A stretch of 64,000 bases of DNA, taken from positions 404,894 through 468,893 of the forward strand of contig ML992509.1 of assembly GCA_010093995.1 (NCBI GenBank), in the 5' to 3' direction. The notes under the pieces are model-generated. The model made no database searches. It was not told where the DNA came from and worked only from the letters and a program-made list of their open reading frames with translations. The stretch comes from Elsinoe ampelina. Its lineage: Eukaryota. Below, in pieces: positions 47,801-59,523 of the stretch (positions are counted from its first letter, which is position 1; every line of letters begins with the position of its first letter). The position numbers were made by a program, and so were the translations under genes.

Positions 47801-49393
47801 GAAGCTGATGATGTTTTTGAGGAGCTGATCCCTGTGCCGATATTCGTCCAGCGCATCGATGATGACTACTAGTTTCTTGGAGTGTTTACGAAGACCGTTG
47901 AGTATGTTGTGAACTTTCACAATATCTGGTATGAGCCTGGCGCTGTAGTACGGTCGAATCAATCTCTGGAGGTCGTCTGGTAGTTCCGGTACTTGCTCGA
48001 GGAGATCTCTTGTGATTGCTTTCCAGAGATCGGTGCTGGATAAAGTCGCTTCCTGACCACAGAAAGCACAGGCCACGAGAGCGTCTCCCTCCTCTCTTAA
48101 AGACTTTGCTGTGATGGTGGTGAGGACTGTCTTTCCGGAGCCTGCATGACCAGAAGCCAGTAGTAGACCACCATTCGAGGCCAGCCAATTTCGGTAGTTC
48201 GTGGACGTCAAAAACCACTTGCCACTACCAGGAGCCGCTCGATCGGATTCCTCCGCAAATTTGGTCTGAAACGAGACGCTGCCCAGCCAGTCCAGTATGT
48301 GCTGTCGTATTTGAGCTCTCTCGGCTGTGTTCTGACTCTTCTCCACCTGAAGCTGAAGACTCTCAACACCTAATTGAACTTTGGAAAGCTGCCGTTCCAT
48401 TTCTTGGATTGCCTCGCTAGCATCGGACATTTCGCTGACGCTCATAGGGCGCAAGGACTGTATGAGGTCCTTCGCATAGGCGGCAGCTGCGACAGAAGCA
48501 TATGCATGCCAGTCGTCATTCTTGTGCGTGTCGCAATAGTCTGATATTCCCTTGATGACAATCGAGGGAATCCAGTTCATGAGTCCAGCCGCTTCCATTT
48601 CGATACAGATGAGGTCGTGCTTCCTCGCGAGACGTAGCCGACTTCCTACATTCTTGATGACTCTATCACCGGATCCGATTGTGCCCCTCCAGACTCGAGG
48701 CATGTCGGGCTTTTTGAGCCTTGGAGATCGTTGGACTGGTTGACCCACGTCGGATGTGCTTTGGCCAACTCGTTCCAACGTGGTGGACAAATCCTCAGTC
48801 AGTGACGGTCCGTACAGAACATCACTGTCGGCAGCTGGTCGCTTGGCCATGTCGCTGACCATGCTGGCGTCATCGTTCGCTAGTTTCCGTATGACTTTGT
48901 AGTATCCAGGTCCATCACGGCTTCGCATGTTCTTCGCTTCAAGCCTGTTGACGGCCGCAAGCAAGTCTGCTGGTGATTTGTTGACATGACTGGACACTAC
49001 CAGCACGTCTTCCGAGGTCTCCTTGCCAAAGTCATACTCGATGACGCCTGGCTTTGAGCCATTGTGGCTGACGACAATGTCTCCGAGTCGTATGTCGCGC
49101 TCTGCTGATGGTATTCCTCCTGCAATACCGACTAACAGTCCAAATTTGATGCGCTGAAAGGTCCGAGTGAGATCCTTGATGGATGCTGTGGCTTGCACCT
49201 TCCCGGCATGGGCGAGTTGCGCCAACACCACATTGTGGTCGCCGATCCTGCCGAACACGAATGTGCAAGCATCATCGTTACTGACGTGCTCGAAGTCTTC
49301 ATATTCTTCGTCTAAGACTTCCCAGAGCGCGCTGAGCTCTTCTGGAAGCGCGCAGAGACACGCGATGCGGAAGTCAGCGGCGAGTGGGGCCAT
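44808..49393 (-). CDS. Fungal NLR-like protein: PNP_UDP nucleoside phosphorylase - NACHT - ankyrin repeats (1511 aa)
   Basis: Two ORFs joined by intron 47530-47579 (restores GVFLFARYHMD). PNP motifs LCALPEE, GLLVGIAGG, IEMEAAG, IKGISDYCDTHKN; Walker A GHAGSGKT; Walker B VVIIDALDE; many ankyrin GxTPLH-type repeats. Confidence 0.92.
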
Positions 49394-49651
49394 TGGAAAT
49401 CCATCCCAAACCGGCGAGTGCCACCCACGTGCTCAGTGGCAATTAACGCAATGTCCGGGTTGACATTGTCAATGGCTAAATATCTGCCGCAGTCTCTATA
49501 TTTCTTTTGTACTTGCGATAGACCTGCAGGAAGAGGTGGTCGCCTTATTGTCTCCATCCATTTCAGCCGCACGCTAGAATGCTAGCGCGGTGGCTCGAGT
49601 AAGCCTCTTGATTCTAAGATACACCTGTTACCATGCTGGTCAGCAGGCAGC

Positions 49652-52600
49652 TCAAGCTGCTTCGACCACCCTTTCCGTTCCATCTGATTCCTCCCTTTCG
49701 GCATCTCTTCCTTCGCCCTCAACCCGTCTCTCCTCCACAGCAGACTCTGGGGCCGTCGTGCCAATGTCACCGTCCTCTCGTTCCACCACCCCCTCAGCAT
49801 CACTCGCCCCGCCACTCTGCGCCCCACTCCTCTTCTCCTCCGCCTCCATCTCAGCCTCCCAATCATCCACCACAGGCTCCACAACCTTCTTGACCAACTT
49901 CTCCTTCTTCTTCGCAAACGTCACCTTCCCTCCACTCGCGAGCCCACTACCACTCAACGCAGCATAAGCATTCTGGCCACCAACAGCCGCAACTCCAGGC
50001 AGCCTCCTTGGGGCAGCTCCCTTAGCAGCGACTCGAGACCAGCCATCAGCGGCGACGGAGTCCGTTTCTCTGCGGACGATATTCTGGCTCGCGTCCACGG
50101 AGCAAAGCAGAAGCGTTCCGATCTGATTTGCCTTGACCACAGCTTCGAGAGCAGGCTTGACGTCTCGTAGAGTTTGTTCCAGCCCCAAACCCCCACCTAG
50201 AGGACGCAGCACGACCTCTTCGCTAGGTAGAAAGATGACCTCGAAGCGAACCGTCTCGTCGACCGGGACGGCAGAGGCGACGATACTCTTCATCTCCTCC
50301 TCCGTCAAACCGAAGCGGGTCCCCACCAACACGAAAGCGTTGAGAGGATTCCTGTTCTCATCTACACCAGCCCGCTTCTCCTCCCGAGGCCGCTCGACGA
50401 TCTTGCGCTTCAGAGTCCGAATACGAACGGCCTCCCCAACTGTCTTACCCGGCGCACGGACAAAGCGTGGAGTTTTGAGAAGGACGACGTGACGATGCGG
50501 CTCCGGATCAAGACTCTCGCTGTCGAGACCAAAATCTTCCGCCAGGGCGTGGAGGAATGCTCGCTCTTGCGCTTTCATGGGCTTGAATCGCATGCGCTTC
50601 TCCCCTTCATCTTGCGCGAAGACTCGGAACTCACGCTCCTGGCTTTGAGCAAACGATGGTGAGGCGCTGTAGAGATCGAGAGTCTCGTCAGAGTAGGGAA
50701 TGTGGTCGCCTCCTTCGATGTGGCTGGAGGGATCTATGTGGAGTGCTGCGGCCAGGCGAGCGTTACGCTGTTGGCGGGCGCATTCTTCGTTACATTGCAG
50801 AGTCTTGTTCGCGTTGCCTTCTGACGTGCGAGAGGCGTTGCATCGGGTCTCTTGCTTTTGAGCTTGGCAGGGGCATGCGACGATGATTTTGCTGGCGCAG
50901 GGTTTGTCTTCCTTGCAGGGGTATGGGGCGTGACAGGGAGCTTCGTCTGGGTGTCCACAGGCCTTCTTGGGCTTGCCACATGGTTGAGAGCAGGCTGCGT
51001 TTGATCCAGCGTCTTCGCACTCTCCCGGCTTGTGGCATGGCTTGCGGCAGAAGTGCGAGCCGCATTTCAGCTTGTTGCCGCATACTTGACCACAAGACAC
51101 AGCAGTGAGGAAGCAGGGTTGATTTTTGAGCGTAGTCTTACCGCACATACAGCGACGTGAGACAAGGAAGGGGCATTTCGGGCAGGACTCATTGTCGAGA
51201 TGGCAATTGTGCTGCACTTGTGGATGACCACATGACTTTGCACGCTCGCATTGGAAACGACATGGCGGCGGCGAGGTCCCACATGGTAAAGGCGGTTCTA
51301 GTGATGTCCGTCCGCAGTGGCAAGTGATCTCATCGAAGATTGCTTCCCGGCAGGAATGACAGGGGCCCTTGTGACAAAGTTCCTGGCAAGTATGGTTGCC
51401 GCACTTGAGCAGCCTACCACAGACTCGAGTGCAGATGTGCTCGGCCTCGATCAGATCGGGTGGTGGAGCGGCAGAACCGAGTGGGCGTGATTTCTTCTTT
51501 TGTGATAAACGCTCGGCAGCTTTGCGCTCGCCAGTACAGCAACGCTCGTCGCAAGCATGCCTGCCACAACTAAGAGTGGCATGGCAAACTCGAAAGCATT
51601 GCGGTCGAAACTCTGAGCCTTGATGACAGATTGTTGAGGTCGTTGTCCGGCCGCACTGGCAGCTGATGTCCACGGTCTTCATGCAAGGTAAGCAATCTCC
51701 AGCATGACACTTTTGCTCGCAAGCGTGGCCGCAACCCAATGGCTTCATGCAAGCTTTGTCGCAATTTGGGATCGGGTCGCTGCAAGAATCTCGAGATGCA
51801 CCAGCGAATTCTGATAGGGGCGTCTTGCCGCACGGGCAGTGAGTGACGACGTCTGGGGACCTCGGACAATGGGTTGAGTCAGCCTCTTGGGCGTGACACG
51901 GTTTCTCGCAGCTGTGTACTCCGCAGTCGAAAGGCCGATTACAGGAATTGGCGCACTGGTAGCTACCAGTCCATTCTTCTGCGAGAGGTCTGTCGTCATT
52001 GCTCTCGATCTGCTTTCGTTGACTTGTTTTGATGTCGCCTTGCTCACAGCATTGGATGTCTTTCTGTTCCTGCCCACAGTAGCAACGAGCTTGTACCGCC
52101 TCTTCACAAGCACCACACAATCCCTCATGACAAGGTCTGGGGCATGTGTGAAGTCCGCAAGGCATCAGATCGCCGCAAACTTCGTCGCAACTCCAGCCGT
52201 TCTCATAGTCTGTCTCAACGCACCGTCTGGTTACTTCGTTCTTGCCGCAGAAGCAGGATTGAGTAGGTCCCATGTAGGTGCATGGTAAACAGGGTCCAGC
52301 ATGACATGTCAATTGACACGGATGCGGACACTTTCGCACCCGCTCTTTGCCGCAAGTGTTGCCACAGGAATGTGGAGGAAGACCAGTAGGTGGTCGGGGA
52401 TCTGTTTCCTTACCGCACCAGCAAGTATAGGTTCTTGGCTGTTCGTCTTTCGGAAGATTGCAACCTGGGCATCTCCACTGTCTGGCTGGCGGCGTCTCGC
52501 CGTTTGTGAGACTTGCTCTCCGCGCAGCTGCTGACCCTTCGTTTGAGGCCCACTTCTTTATACACGACAGATGAAAGACCGTCCAGCATGTGTGGCAAGA

Positions 52601-53188
52601 CCAGACCTTGGAGTTCCGTTGCACCTCGCTGGTGCAAATCGGGCATTCGTAATTGGCATGTTCGATATCTTCATGGGTCCTCGTCATGATATCCGGTGCT
52701 GTTGATTTTGACATTCGCCTCCTTCGCGGCGCATTGACCGGCGATCTTTGAGCTTGATGTGAGGTTACAAGAGGCTGACCAGGCACAAACTCGGCCGCAC
52801 CAGCTTGAAGTGATACACCACCGTCTGGCGTGTCCTGGGTGAGGGCGCCTCCAAAAGCTCGTCCATTGACAGTCCGTTGTGGGCGAGGTGCTCCTCCTCG
52901 ACCTCTTCGCCCACGACCTCCACTGTTAGTTTGGCTTACTGGGCTATCATTCGTGTTCGCGATTGTGCCGTTCTGTGTGGGTGGCAAACTAGCAGGTCTC
53001 ATGGCCAAAGCCGGATTCCGCCCCCCTCGCCCACGCCTCCCTGATCCGGCACCGACTCCCTGAGGCTGGGACGCATCCTGGGCAGTAATATCAGGCCGTG
53101 CCCGACGTGACCTTCCATGATGATGATTACCCCTCCGGGGTTGAGTCGGAGCAGAAGTGGGCTGAGGTTGAATGTCGGCTGCTGACAT
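49652..53188 (-). CDS. FAP1: NF-X1-type zinc finger protein with RING/PHD finger and R3H domain (NFX1/Fap1/shuttle craft)
   Basis: CPICT..CHTCWTVFHLSCIKKW..WRCPGC; multiple CGxHxCxxxCHxGxC fingers; R3H motif FKPMKAQERAFLHALAEDFG. Likely ATG at 53188. Confidence 0.9.
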   Translation of the reverse strand: MSAADIQPQPTSAPTQPRRGNHHHGRSRRARPDITAQDASQPQGVGAGSGRRGRGGRNPALAMRPASLPPTQNGTIANTNDSPVSQTNSGGRGRRGRGGAPRPQRTVNGRAFGGALTQDTPDGGVSLQAGAAEFVPGQPLVTSHQAQRSPVNAPRRRRMSKSTAPDIMTRTHEDIEHANYECPICTSEVQRNSKVWSCHTCWTVFHLSCIKKWASNEGSAAARRASLTNGETPPARQWRCPGCNLPKDEQPRTYTCWCGKETDPRPPTGLPPHSCGNTCGKERVRKCPHPCQLTCHAGPCLPCTYMGPTQSCFCGKNEVTRRCVETDYENGWSCDEVCGDLMPCGLHTCPRPCHEGLCGACEEAVQARCYCGQEQKDIQCCEQGDIKTSQRKQIESNDDRPLAEEWTGSYQCANSCNRPFDCGVHSCEKPCHAQEADSTHCPRSPDVVTHCPCGKTPLSEFAGASRDSCSDPIPNCDKACMKPLGCGHACEQKCHAGDCLPCMKTVDISCQCGRTTTSTICHQGSEFRPQCFRVCHATLSCGRHACDERCCTGERKAAERLSQKKKSRPLGSAAPPPDLIEAEHICTRVCGRLLKCGNHTCQELCHKGPCHSCREAIFDEITCHCGRTSLEPPLPCGTSPPPCRFQCERAKSCGHPQVQHNCHLDNESCPKCPFLVSRRCMCGKTTLKNQPCFLTAVSCGQVCGNKLKCGSHFCRKPCHKPGECEDAGSNAACSQPCGKPKKACGHPDEAPCHAPYPCKEDKPCASKIIVACPCQAQKQETRCNASRTSEGNANKTLQCNEECARQQRNARLAAALHIDPSSHIEGGDHIPYSDETLDLYSASPSFAQSQEREFRVFAQDEGEKRMRFKPMKAQERAFLHALAEDFGLDSESLDPEPHRHVVLLKTPRFVRAPGKTVGEAVRIRTLKRKIVERPREEKRAGVDENRNPLNAFVLVGTRFGLTEEEMKSIVASAVPVDETVRFEVIFLPSEEVVLRPLGGGLGLEQTLRDVKPALEAVVKANQIGTLLLCSVDASQNIVRRETDSVAADGWSRVAAKGAAPRRLPGVAAVGGQNAYAALSGSGLASGGKVTFAKKKEKLVKKVVEPVVDDWEAEMEAEEKRSGAQSGGASDAEGVVEREDGDIGTTAPESAVEERRVEGEGRDAEREESDGTERVVEAA

Positions 53189-53815
53189 GTAAGGTGGTGG
53201 ATTGAGAGCAGATAGACTGCTCGTGAAGTGCTGCTCCTGGTGGAATAGCACCTTCGTGGTGGCGTTGGTAATGCAGGAAATGCAATATTCGGGGGCAGAA
53301 CTTCGTGGTGATAATTGTGGAATGTGCTGAGGTTAAGATAATTCCTTTATCGCTGTGTATCGAGGATTTAATTCGTGGAATAGCGTGTCTGTCCGGTCTA
53401 GAAGGCTCTCAAGACTCTTTGCAAGTACTTCCCCGTGAGTCAGAGCAGTGTGGCGAAGTTCTGTGTCCGTCGTAACGATGAAGAACTATGAGTAAGAAAC
53501 GCCAGAGTCTCATGCATTGTGGCACCCGAAGATTCGGCTCGCGGCAAACGGCAGACCCGTTGCGTCATCCACATCCCCCAGCGGCGCCATGCAAGGCAGG
53601 ACTCTTTCACTTTAGGGCTCTCACTACCCTGGTCTTGCTTGACGATTTGCAATTCCTACCACCTCACTTGGCCCTGTGCTTCGAAGAGGAGCCCACTGCT
53701 CGGTCAGTACCGTCTCGCTGTCACCGGCCTCGTTCCTTCACTCTATTCAGCGTCCTTGAGCCAGGCAACGCGACCTTGCATTGGGTCAGCAGGCCCATAG
53801 AGTTGCTTGCAGCCG

Positions 53816-54793
53816 ATGCCTGCTATGTCTGGCTTTCATCCATTTGGTGGACGCGTGAGCCGGCGCTTTGGGGATTCGGTAAGTGCTGTTCGATGTGGCA
53901 TCCTATCGGGAGACTGACACCAGAGGTAGCTTGCGCCAGATGATGCGATTTTATCCTACCACGATGTTCGACTCACTCGCGAAGACGTCGATTGTATCAA
54001 AAGTGATTGGTTGACCGACAATGTACGCGATTTTGGAGGCAAGAGATGCACACGCGCCTTACTGACCAACACCGGTAGGCCATTGCCTTCTGGGAAGAAT
54101 ACTTGGAACACGAGAAGCTCAAGGACTACCCAAAGGCAAAAATAGTACTGCTTCGACCCTCGATGGCCTTCCTCCTCCTTCAAACACACGTAAAAGACAT
54201 TACGTCCCTCCGATCTGCGTTACCAGACTTCCGCAACACCACGCACATCTTTCTACCCGTGAACGACTGTCAGGATGTCAATCGAGCAGAAGGCGGATCA
54301 CACTGGTCGCTGTTGTTGGTCAGCATACTCGATAACGTCGCATTCCACTACGACAGCATGTATCCAGCCAACGCCCGGGAAGCAGATATCTTGACGGCAA
54401 AGTTTAGCAAACTGTTGGATAGGAATCTGCGATTCATCAACCTGCCAGACTCGCCACAACAGGACAACGGCAGCGACTGCGGCGTCTTCGTTTGCCTCAT
54501 CATGCAGCACCTCTTGTTGGGCAGACTCCTGAAAGCACATGCTAACGACAAAGTCAACATGAGTCTGCGGGGCAAAGAAGTCGACGCCACAGGAGGCAGG
54601 AAGGAGATGCTACGGGTGATTGAGAGCTTCAGGAAGGAAGGCGAGAGGCGGAGATCGTGAGTATATGTAGAGTACAAATGTTGGTTGAATGCTTGCTTAC
54701 AACATCAGGACCTCACAACACCGATCACGCAGCCCCTTCACGAGCGGGAAGGACCAGTCGAAGAGCCCTCCTAGAATTGGCGAGGAGAACTGA
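53816..54793 (+). CDS. SENP8: NEDD8-specific protease SENP8/NEDP1/DenA (Ulp1 family, C48)
   Basis: Introns 53879-53929, 54023-54078 and 54657-54708. Motifs LSYHDVRL, WLTDN, FLPVND, GGSHWSLL, YDS and QQDNGSDCG. Start at 53816 or 53825. Confidence 0.88.
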
Positions 54794-55007
54794 TCGTTGA
54801 CAGCGACGACAAGCATTATCACCAAGGCATGATTGACGAGCGACGATTTATGCATAGACGCATCGAGAATAGCGACAATGGCCACTACAAGTGAAGTACC
54901 ACTATCAGGTAGTATGGAGTACATGGATTACCCAGGCATAATGGAAGCCGCTTTGCTGTACATTGGCTTATTTTCTATCCCGACTTTTTTATTTCATCTT
55001 GCTTCGT

Positions 55008-56141
55008 TCATGGCAACTTGTCGACCTCGCCCTTCTTTACGCCATTCGTCTCACTCTCTTCCGAATCGTATGTTCCCTTCTCCGCCTCCGATACAGTCGC
55101 TCGCCAGCTGTGCTTGTCCTCGATCTTGCCCAATTGAATCCCCTTCAACCTAGTAAGCAACTCCACCACCACCGGCCCCGGCTCATCACTCGCGTCCCTG
55201 TACTTGAACGTATCCTTGCCTCTCGTGATACTCTTGATCGGCACCAACGCCGCCGCCGTCCCCGCCGCCATGACCTCCTCAAACTCTGGCAGCTCCTCAA
55301 AAGATATCGGCCTCTTGGTCACCTTCCACCCCAGATCCCTCGCGATATCACACACGCTATCCGCCGTCACGCTCTCGATCACATTATTCGAATCCGGCAC
55401 CACAATCTCGGTCTCGTTCCCTTGCTTCTTCACCCCCAAGAACGCACTCGTGCTGAACTCATCGATCACCGTCCTCGTCTGGCTGTCCAAATGTAACGTG
55501 ATCCCGTACCCCTCGTTCCTGGCTTGTTCGCTGTACCGCAGCACCGGTGCGTAGTTGCCGCCGACTTTGTAGCTGCCTGTGCCGTGCGGGGCGGCGCGGT
55601 CGAAGTTGTCGAGGATCAGGGCCTTGACGGGGTTGACGCCGTGGTAGACGCCTGTCGGGAGGACGAAGACGAGGAAGGTGTACTCTTCTGGTGGGTTGAG
55701 GCCGAGTTGTGCGCTGGAGCCGAAGAGGAGAGGACGGATGTACATTGCTGCGCCGGTGTCGTGGGGTGGGACGAATTCGGCGTTGAGGGCGACGGCGAGG
55801 TGGACGGACTTGAGGAAGTGCTCGACTGGTACTTGGGGGATGGAGATGCTTTCGGCGGAGCGCTGCATTCGTTCGGCGTTCTTGTTAGGGCGGAAGATGT
55901 TGATTGTCTTGTCTCCTGGGGCACGGAAGGCTTTGAGGCCTTCGTAGCATTGTTGGCCGTAGTTCAGACCGGGGGCCATGCCATGGAGGGAGAGGAAGGG
56001 CGAGCGAACGAAGCGGGGTGTGGTCCATTTTCCGGTCGACTTGGAGTACGTGGATTCGATGTGACCATTGACTTCGCGGACCTTGAAGCCGACATTGGAC
56101 CAGTCGATTGTGCTGGTTGGCGGGGGCGGGAAGGAAGTCAT
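55008..56141 (-). CDS. Branched-chain amino acid aminotransferase (PLP fold type IV)
   Basis: IDWSNVGF, LNYGQQCYEGLKA, YIRP, catalytic YKVGGNY, DEFSTS and AGTAA; ATG at 56141. Confidence 0.92.
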   Translation of the reverse strand: MTSFPPPPTSTIDWSNVGFKVREVNGHIESTYSKSTGKWTTPRFVRSPFLSLHGMAPGLNYGQQCYEGLKAFRAPGDKTINIFRPNKNAERMQRSAESISIPQVPVEHFLKSVHLAVALNAEFVPPHDTGAAMYIRPLLFGSSAQLGLNPPEEYTFLVFVLPTGVYHGVNPVKALILDNFDRAAPHGTGSYKVGGNYAPVLRYSEQARNEGYGITLHLDSQTRTVIDEFSTSAFLGVKKQGNETEIVVPDSNNVIESVTADSVCDIARDLGWKVTKRPISFEELPEFEEVMAAGTAAALVPIKSITRGKDTFKYRDASDEPGPVVVELLTRLKGIQLGKIEDKHSWRATVSEAEKGTYDSEESETNGVKKGEVDKLP

Positions 56142-56512
56142 GCTGGGCGGTAGTGAGGTGGATGGGTTCGGTGTGACAGGTATGGAGTGAGAGAGTATGG
56201 AGTGAAGTTGAGCAGGAACATTTTCAGTGACGCAGGTCTCCAACAATGCAATGCCGATATCGCAGCGCCTTGTCACGGTCCCCAGCTCCGGCAGTTTCCC
56301 CACCAGGTTGAGCCCCTGAAATGTCAAACGGCGCACTGCGAATTTTGGGCAACACGAGAGTTTCACGCAACGGTCCCTGAAGACGCGAAGCTGCAAGCTC
56401 CTTGGCTGTACCGGCGTGCTGGGAGCTGCAGCTAAAAAATCGCTGCTCCGCGCTCTCAACAGACGTTCTTCTTTTCTTCACACAGTCCTTTCTGCCATTG
56501 AATACTGCAATC

Positions 56513-58170
56513 ATGGCGGAAGTCAAGACTGCCCCATCGACCATCTCCGAGGAGTCTTTTGAGTTTGTCGAGACTCCAGCAGCTCCTAGCCCAGTGCCAG
56601 AGAGCAGCGAGTATGGCGTTCGCACCACTTCGGTGAGTGAGCTGGTGATAAGCAATTGAGGTTGTCACTGATGTCCAAATAGTACCCTACCATTCGCAAT
56701 GCACCTCTTCCCGCAGATGGTGCTGGTAGCGACACCTTCAACAACAAGATCATGATCTTCCTCCTCGTTGTCATCCCAGGATGGCTCGCGTGGAAACTGG
56801 GCGGAGGTCTCAAGACTACCATCTTCTTTGGCCTGTTCACCACGATCCCGATCCTCATGGCATTCTGGACTGTCGCTAGTTCAATGTCCCCCCGCAAGAA
56901 TGAGAAGGCCCGTTTCCCCGGTGCTCCAATCGAGCATTACCTCACCTTCCACCGTGAGTCGGACAAGCAGAAATACCACGGCAAGGCAAAGATTCCCATG
57001 GAGACATTCCACGAGATGTACTTTGATGGTCACGTCAGTGTCAACGGTGACATGCTCGAGGCCCTCGAGTATCGTCATGATTGGGCTTCATTCCGCTTCA
57101 CCTTGTCCCTCTTCTGGTTCTTCCTCACTGGCATGATGCCCGAAGTGATCATGCACACCCGTTCTCAGGATGAGGAGCAGGTCCGCGACCACTACGATCG
57201 TGGTGATGACTTCTACGGCTGGTTCCTTGGTCCACGCATGATCTACACCTCCGGTATCATCTCCGACGCTAACAAGCACGAGTCTCTTGAGCAGCTCCAG
57301 GACAACAAGCTGGCTGTCGTCTGCGAGAAGGTTGGTCTCAAGGCTGGCGAGAAGCTCCTCGACATCGGCTGTGGCTGGGGTACCCTCGCCAAATTCGCAT
57401 CTGCCAACTACGGCGCCAAAGCTACTGGTATCACTCTTGGCCGCAATCAAACTGCTTGGGGTAACGGAGGACTCCGCCGTGTCGGTGTTCCGGAAGAGCA
57501 AAGCAAGATTCTGTGCATGGACTACCGTGATATCCCTGTTCCCGAGGGTGGCTACAATAAGATCATTTCGCTCGAGATGGTTGAGCATGTCGGTATCCGT
57601 CGCCTTTCGGACTTCCTCACTCAATGCTACAACATGCTCGACGATGATGGAGTCTGCCTCCTCCAGTACTCTGGTCTCCGAAAGTACTGGCAGTATGAGG
57701 ATCTCATTTGGGGTCTTTTCATGAACAAATACGTCTTCCCTGGTGCCGACGCTAGTACTCCTCTTGGGTACTTCATCGACAAGTGCGAAGGTGCTGGCTT
57801 CGAGGTCAAGCACGTTGACACTATCGGTGTGCACTACTCTGCCACTTTGTGGAGATGGTACAGAAACTGGATGGCCAACCGAGACAAGGTTGAGGCCAAG
57901 TACGGCAAGCGCTGGTTCAGGGTAATTCGATATCTGAAGTACATATCTGCAGGGCGAATTTGCTGACATTTACAGATCTGGGAATACTTCCTCGCTTCGT
58001 CCACCATCATCTCCCGTCAAGGCTCAGCCACTTGCTACCAGATCACCCTTGTCAAGAACATCAACTCTACCCACCGGGTTGAAGGTATTCCAGATCACTT
58101 TGGTCTTCACGGTGCTCTTGAGCATGCTAAGAAGGCTGGGAAGGCACTGTTCCCTACCAACAAGGCGTGA
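56513..58170 (+). CDS. Sphingolipid C9-methyltransferase (cyclopropane fatty acid synthase family)
   Basis: Introns 56633-56682 and 57922-57975. N-terminal TMs, PLPADGAG, YRHDWA, QDEEQVRDHYDRGDDFY, SAM motif LDIGCGWG and KYVFPGADAS. Confidence 0.92.
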
Positions 58171-58445
58171 AAGGACGTACTGCCTTGAACAAGCAACAAG
58201 AATGAGGCATGATGTAGCGCCTCCAGAAGGACACGATGTGAGGCCACCGCGGAGAAGAACAGAGCTCGATGGATCTGAGGAGGAAGGTCCGGTCCGATGG
58301 CGATATAGAAAATGACTTGGCCCAAAATGTGCGCATAATATATGTACATTCGAAAGCTCATAGACACGAATTAAGGTACACCAACAATCCCTGTCTCAGA
58401 ACCTGACTTTCATTCCGTCACATGTCACCACTCGCTCACCCCCCC

Positions 58446-58640
58446 NNNNNNNNNNNNNNNNNNNNNNNNNNNNNNNNNNNNNNNNNNNNNNNNNNNNNNN
58501 NNNNNNNNNNNNNNNNNNNNNNNNNNNNNNNNNNNNNNNNNNNNNNNNNNNNNNNNNNNNNNNNNNNNNNNNNNNNNNNNNNNNNNNNNNNNNNNNNNNN
58601 NNNNNNNNNNNNNNNNNNNNNNNNNNNNNNNNNNNNNNNN
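58446..58640. other. Assembly gap (195 N)
   Basis: Run of N; it hides the 3' end of the phosphatase gene. Confidence 0.99.
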
Positions 58641-59523
58641 CACAATCAACCCACTCCCTCGGCATGCCCACCTCCTCAATCTCCCTGATCCTCTCCTCCC
58701 TCCCCCCCTCCAACCCCTTCTCACTCGCCAAATAATCCCGCTCACACGCCCCCCCCTCGACGCCACACAACAACTCCAACAACAACACCACTAACCCCGT
58801 CCGATCCTTGCCCTGGGTACAGTGAATCATGACAGGCCAATTCTCCTCGCGCGCCAGGGCGGAGAAGACGCACCTCATCTCGCGCCAGGAGGAGAGCAGG
58901 CTGTCGGTTGCCAGACCGGTGAGGCCGCGGGGGGACATTGCGGCGGCTAGGATGCGGATGGCGGGGAGGCGCTGGCCGAGGAGGTAGAGGGTGATGAGGC
59001 GGAGGATGGAGAGGAGGGGGAGGAGGGAGATGAGGCGGAGTTGGAAGAGGGGGCCGTTGAGGGGGATGGGGAGGGTGGTGATTGGGAGGGGAGGAGGGGG
59101 GGAGGGGGTGGCGGGGGGGAGGAGAGGGTTGGTTTCTGGAGGGGAGAGGGAGGGGGGAGGAGGGGTGTTGCGCGTGGCGAGTTGGAGTTTTTCGGTCCTG
59201 GGAGGGGGGTTAAGTGGTGGGGTTGGAGAGGAACAGGGGGGATGGACTTGGAGCGCAGGTCGAGGATGGTGTGGATTTTGAGGGTGGATTGGAGTGTGTC
59301 CCGGTCTGAGGGGGAGGCGAAATCGGGGCGGGCGGAGCGGTAGAGGAGACCGGGTTTCATGCGGCTGTGATGCTTGTTAGATAGTTTATTGGGAGATGGG
59401 ATATATCATGTGAAAAGCAGAGACGTACTGTTTGCCAGAAATGGCATTGGTAAAGAGGCCTACATCTCGCACGTTGAGGATGCCGTCAAATTTGATGCTC
59501 CCAGGAACGGGAGGAGGAACCAT
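58641..59523 (-). CDS. Tyrosine/serine protein phosphatase (Y_phosphatase3/IphP-like); 3' end in gap
   Basis: ATG at 59523; introns 59365-59428 and 59198-59247. Motifs ILNVRDVG, LYRSARPD, ILDLRS, active site HCTQGKDRTG and DYLAS. Confidence 0.87.

Noticed and set aside
47540..49393. NLR as a split gene or pseudogene
   Set aside because: A canonical 50-nt intron (GTATGT..CTGAT..TAG) joins the two ORFs in frame and restores the conserved G-x-FL motif.
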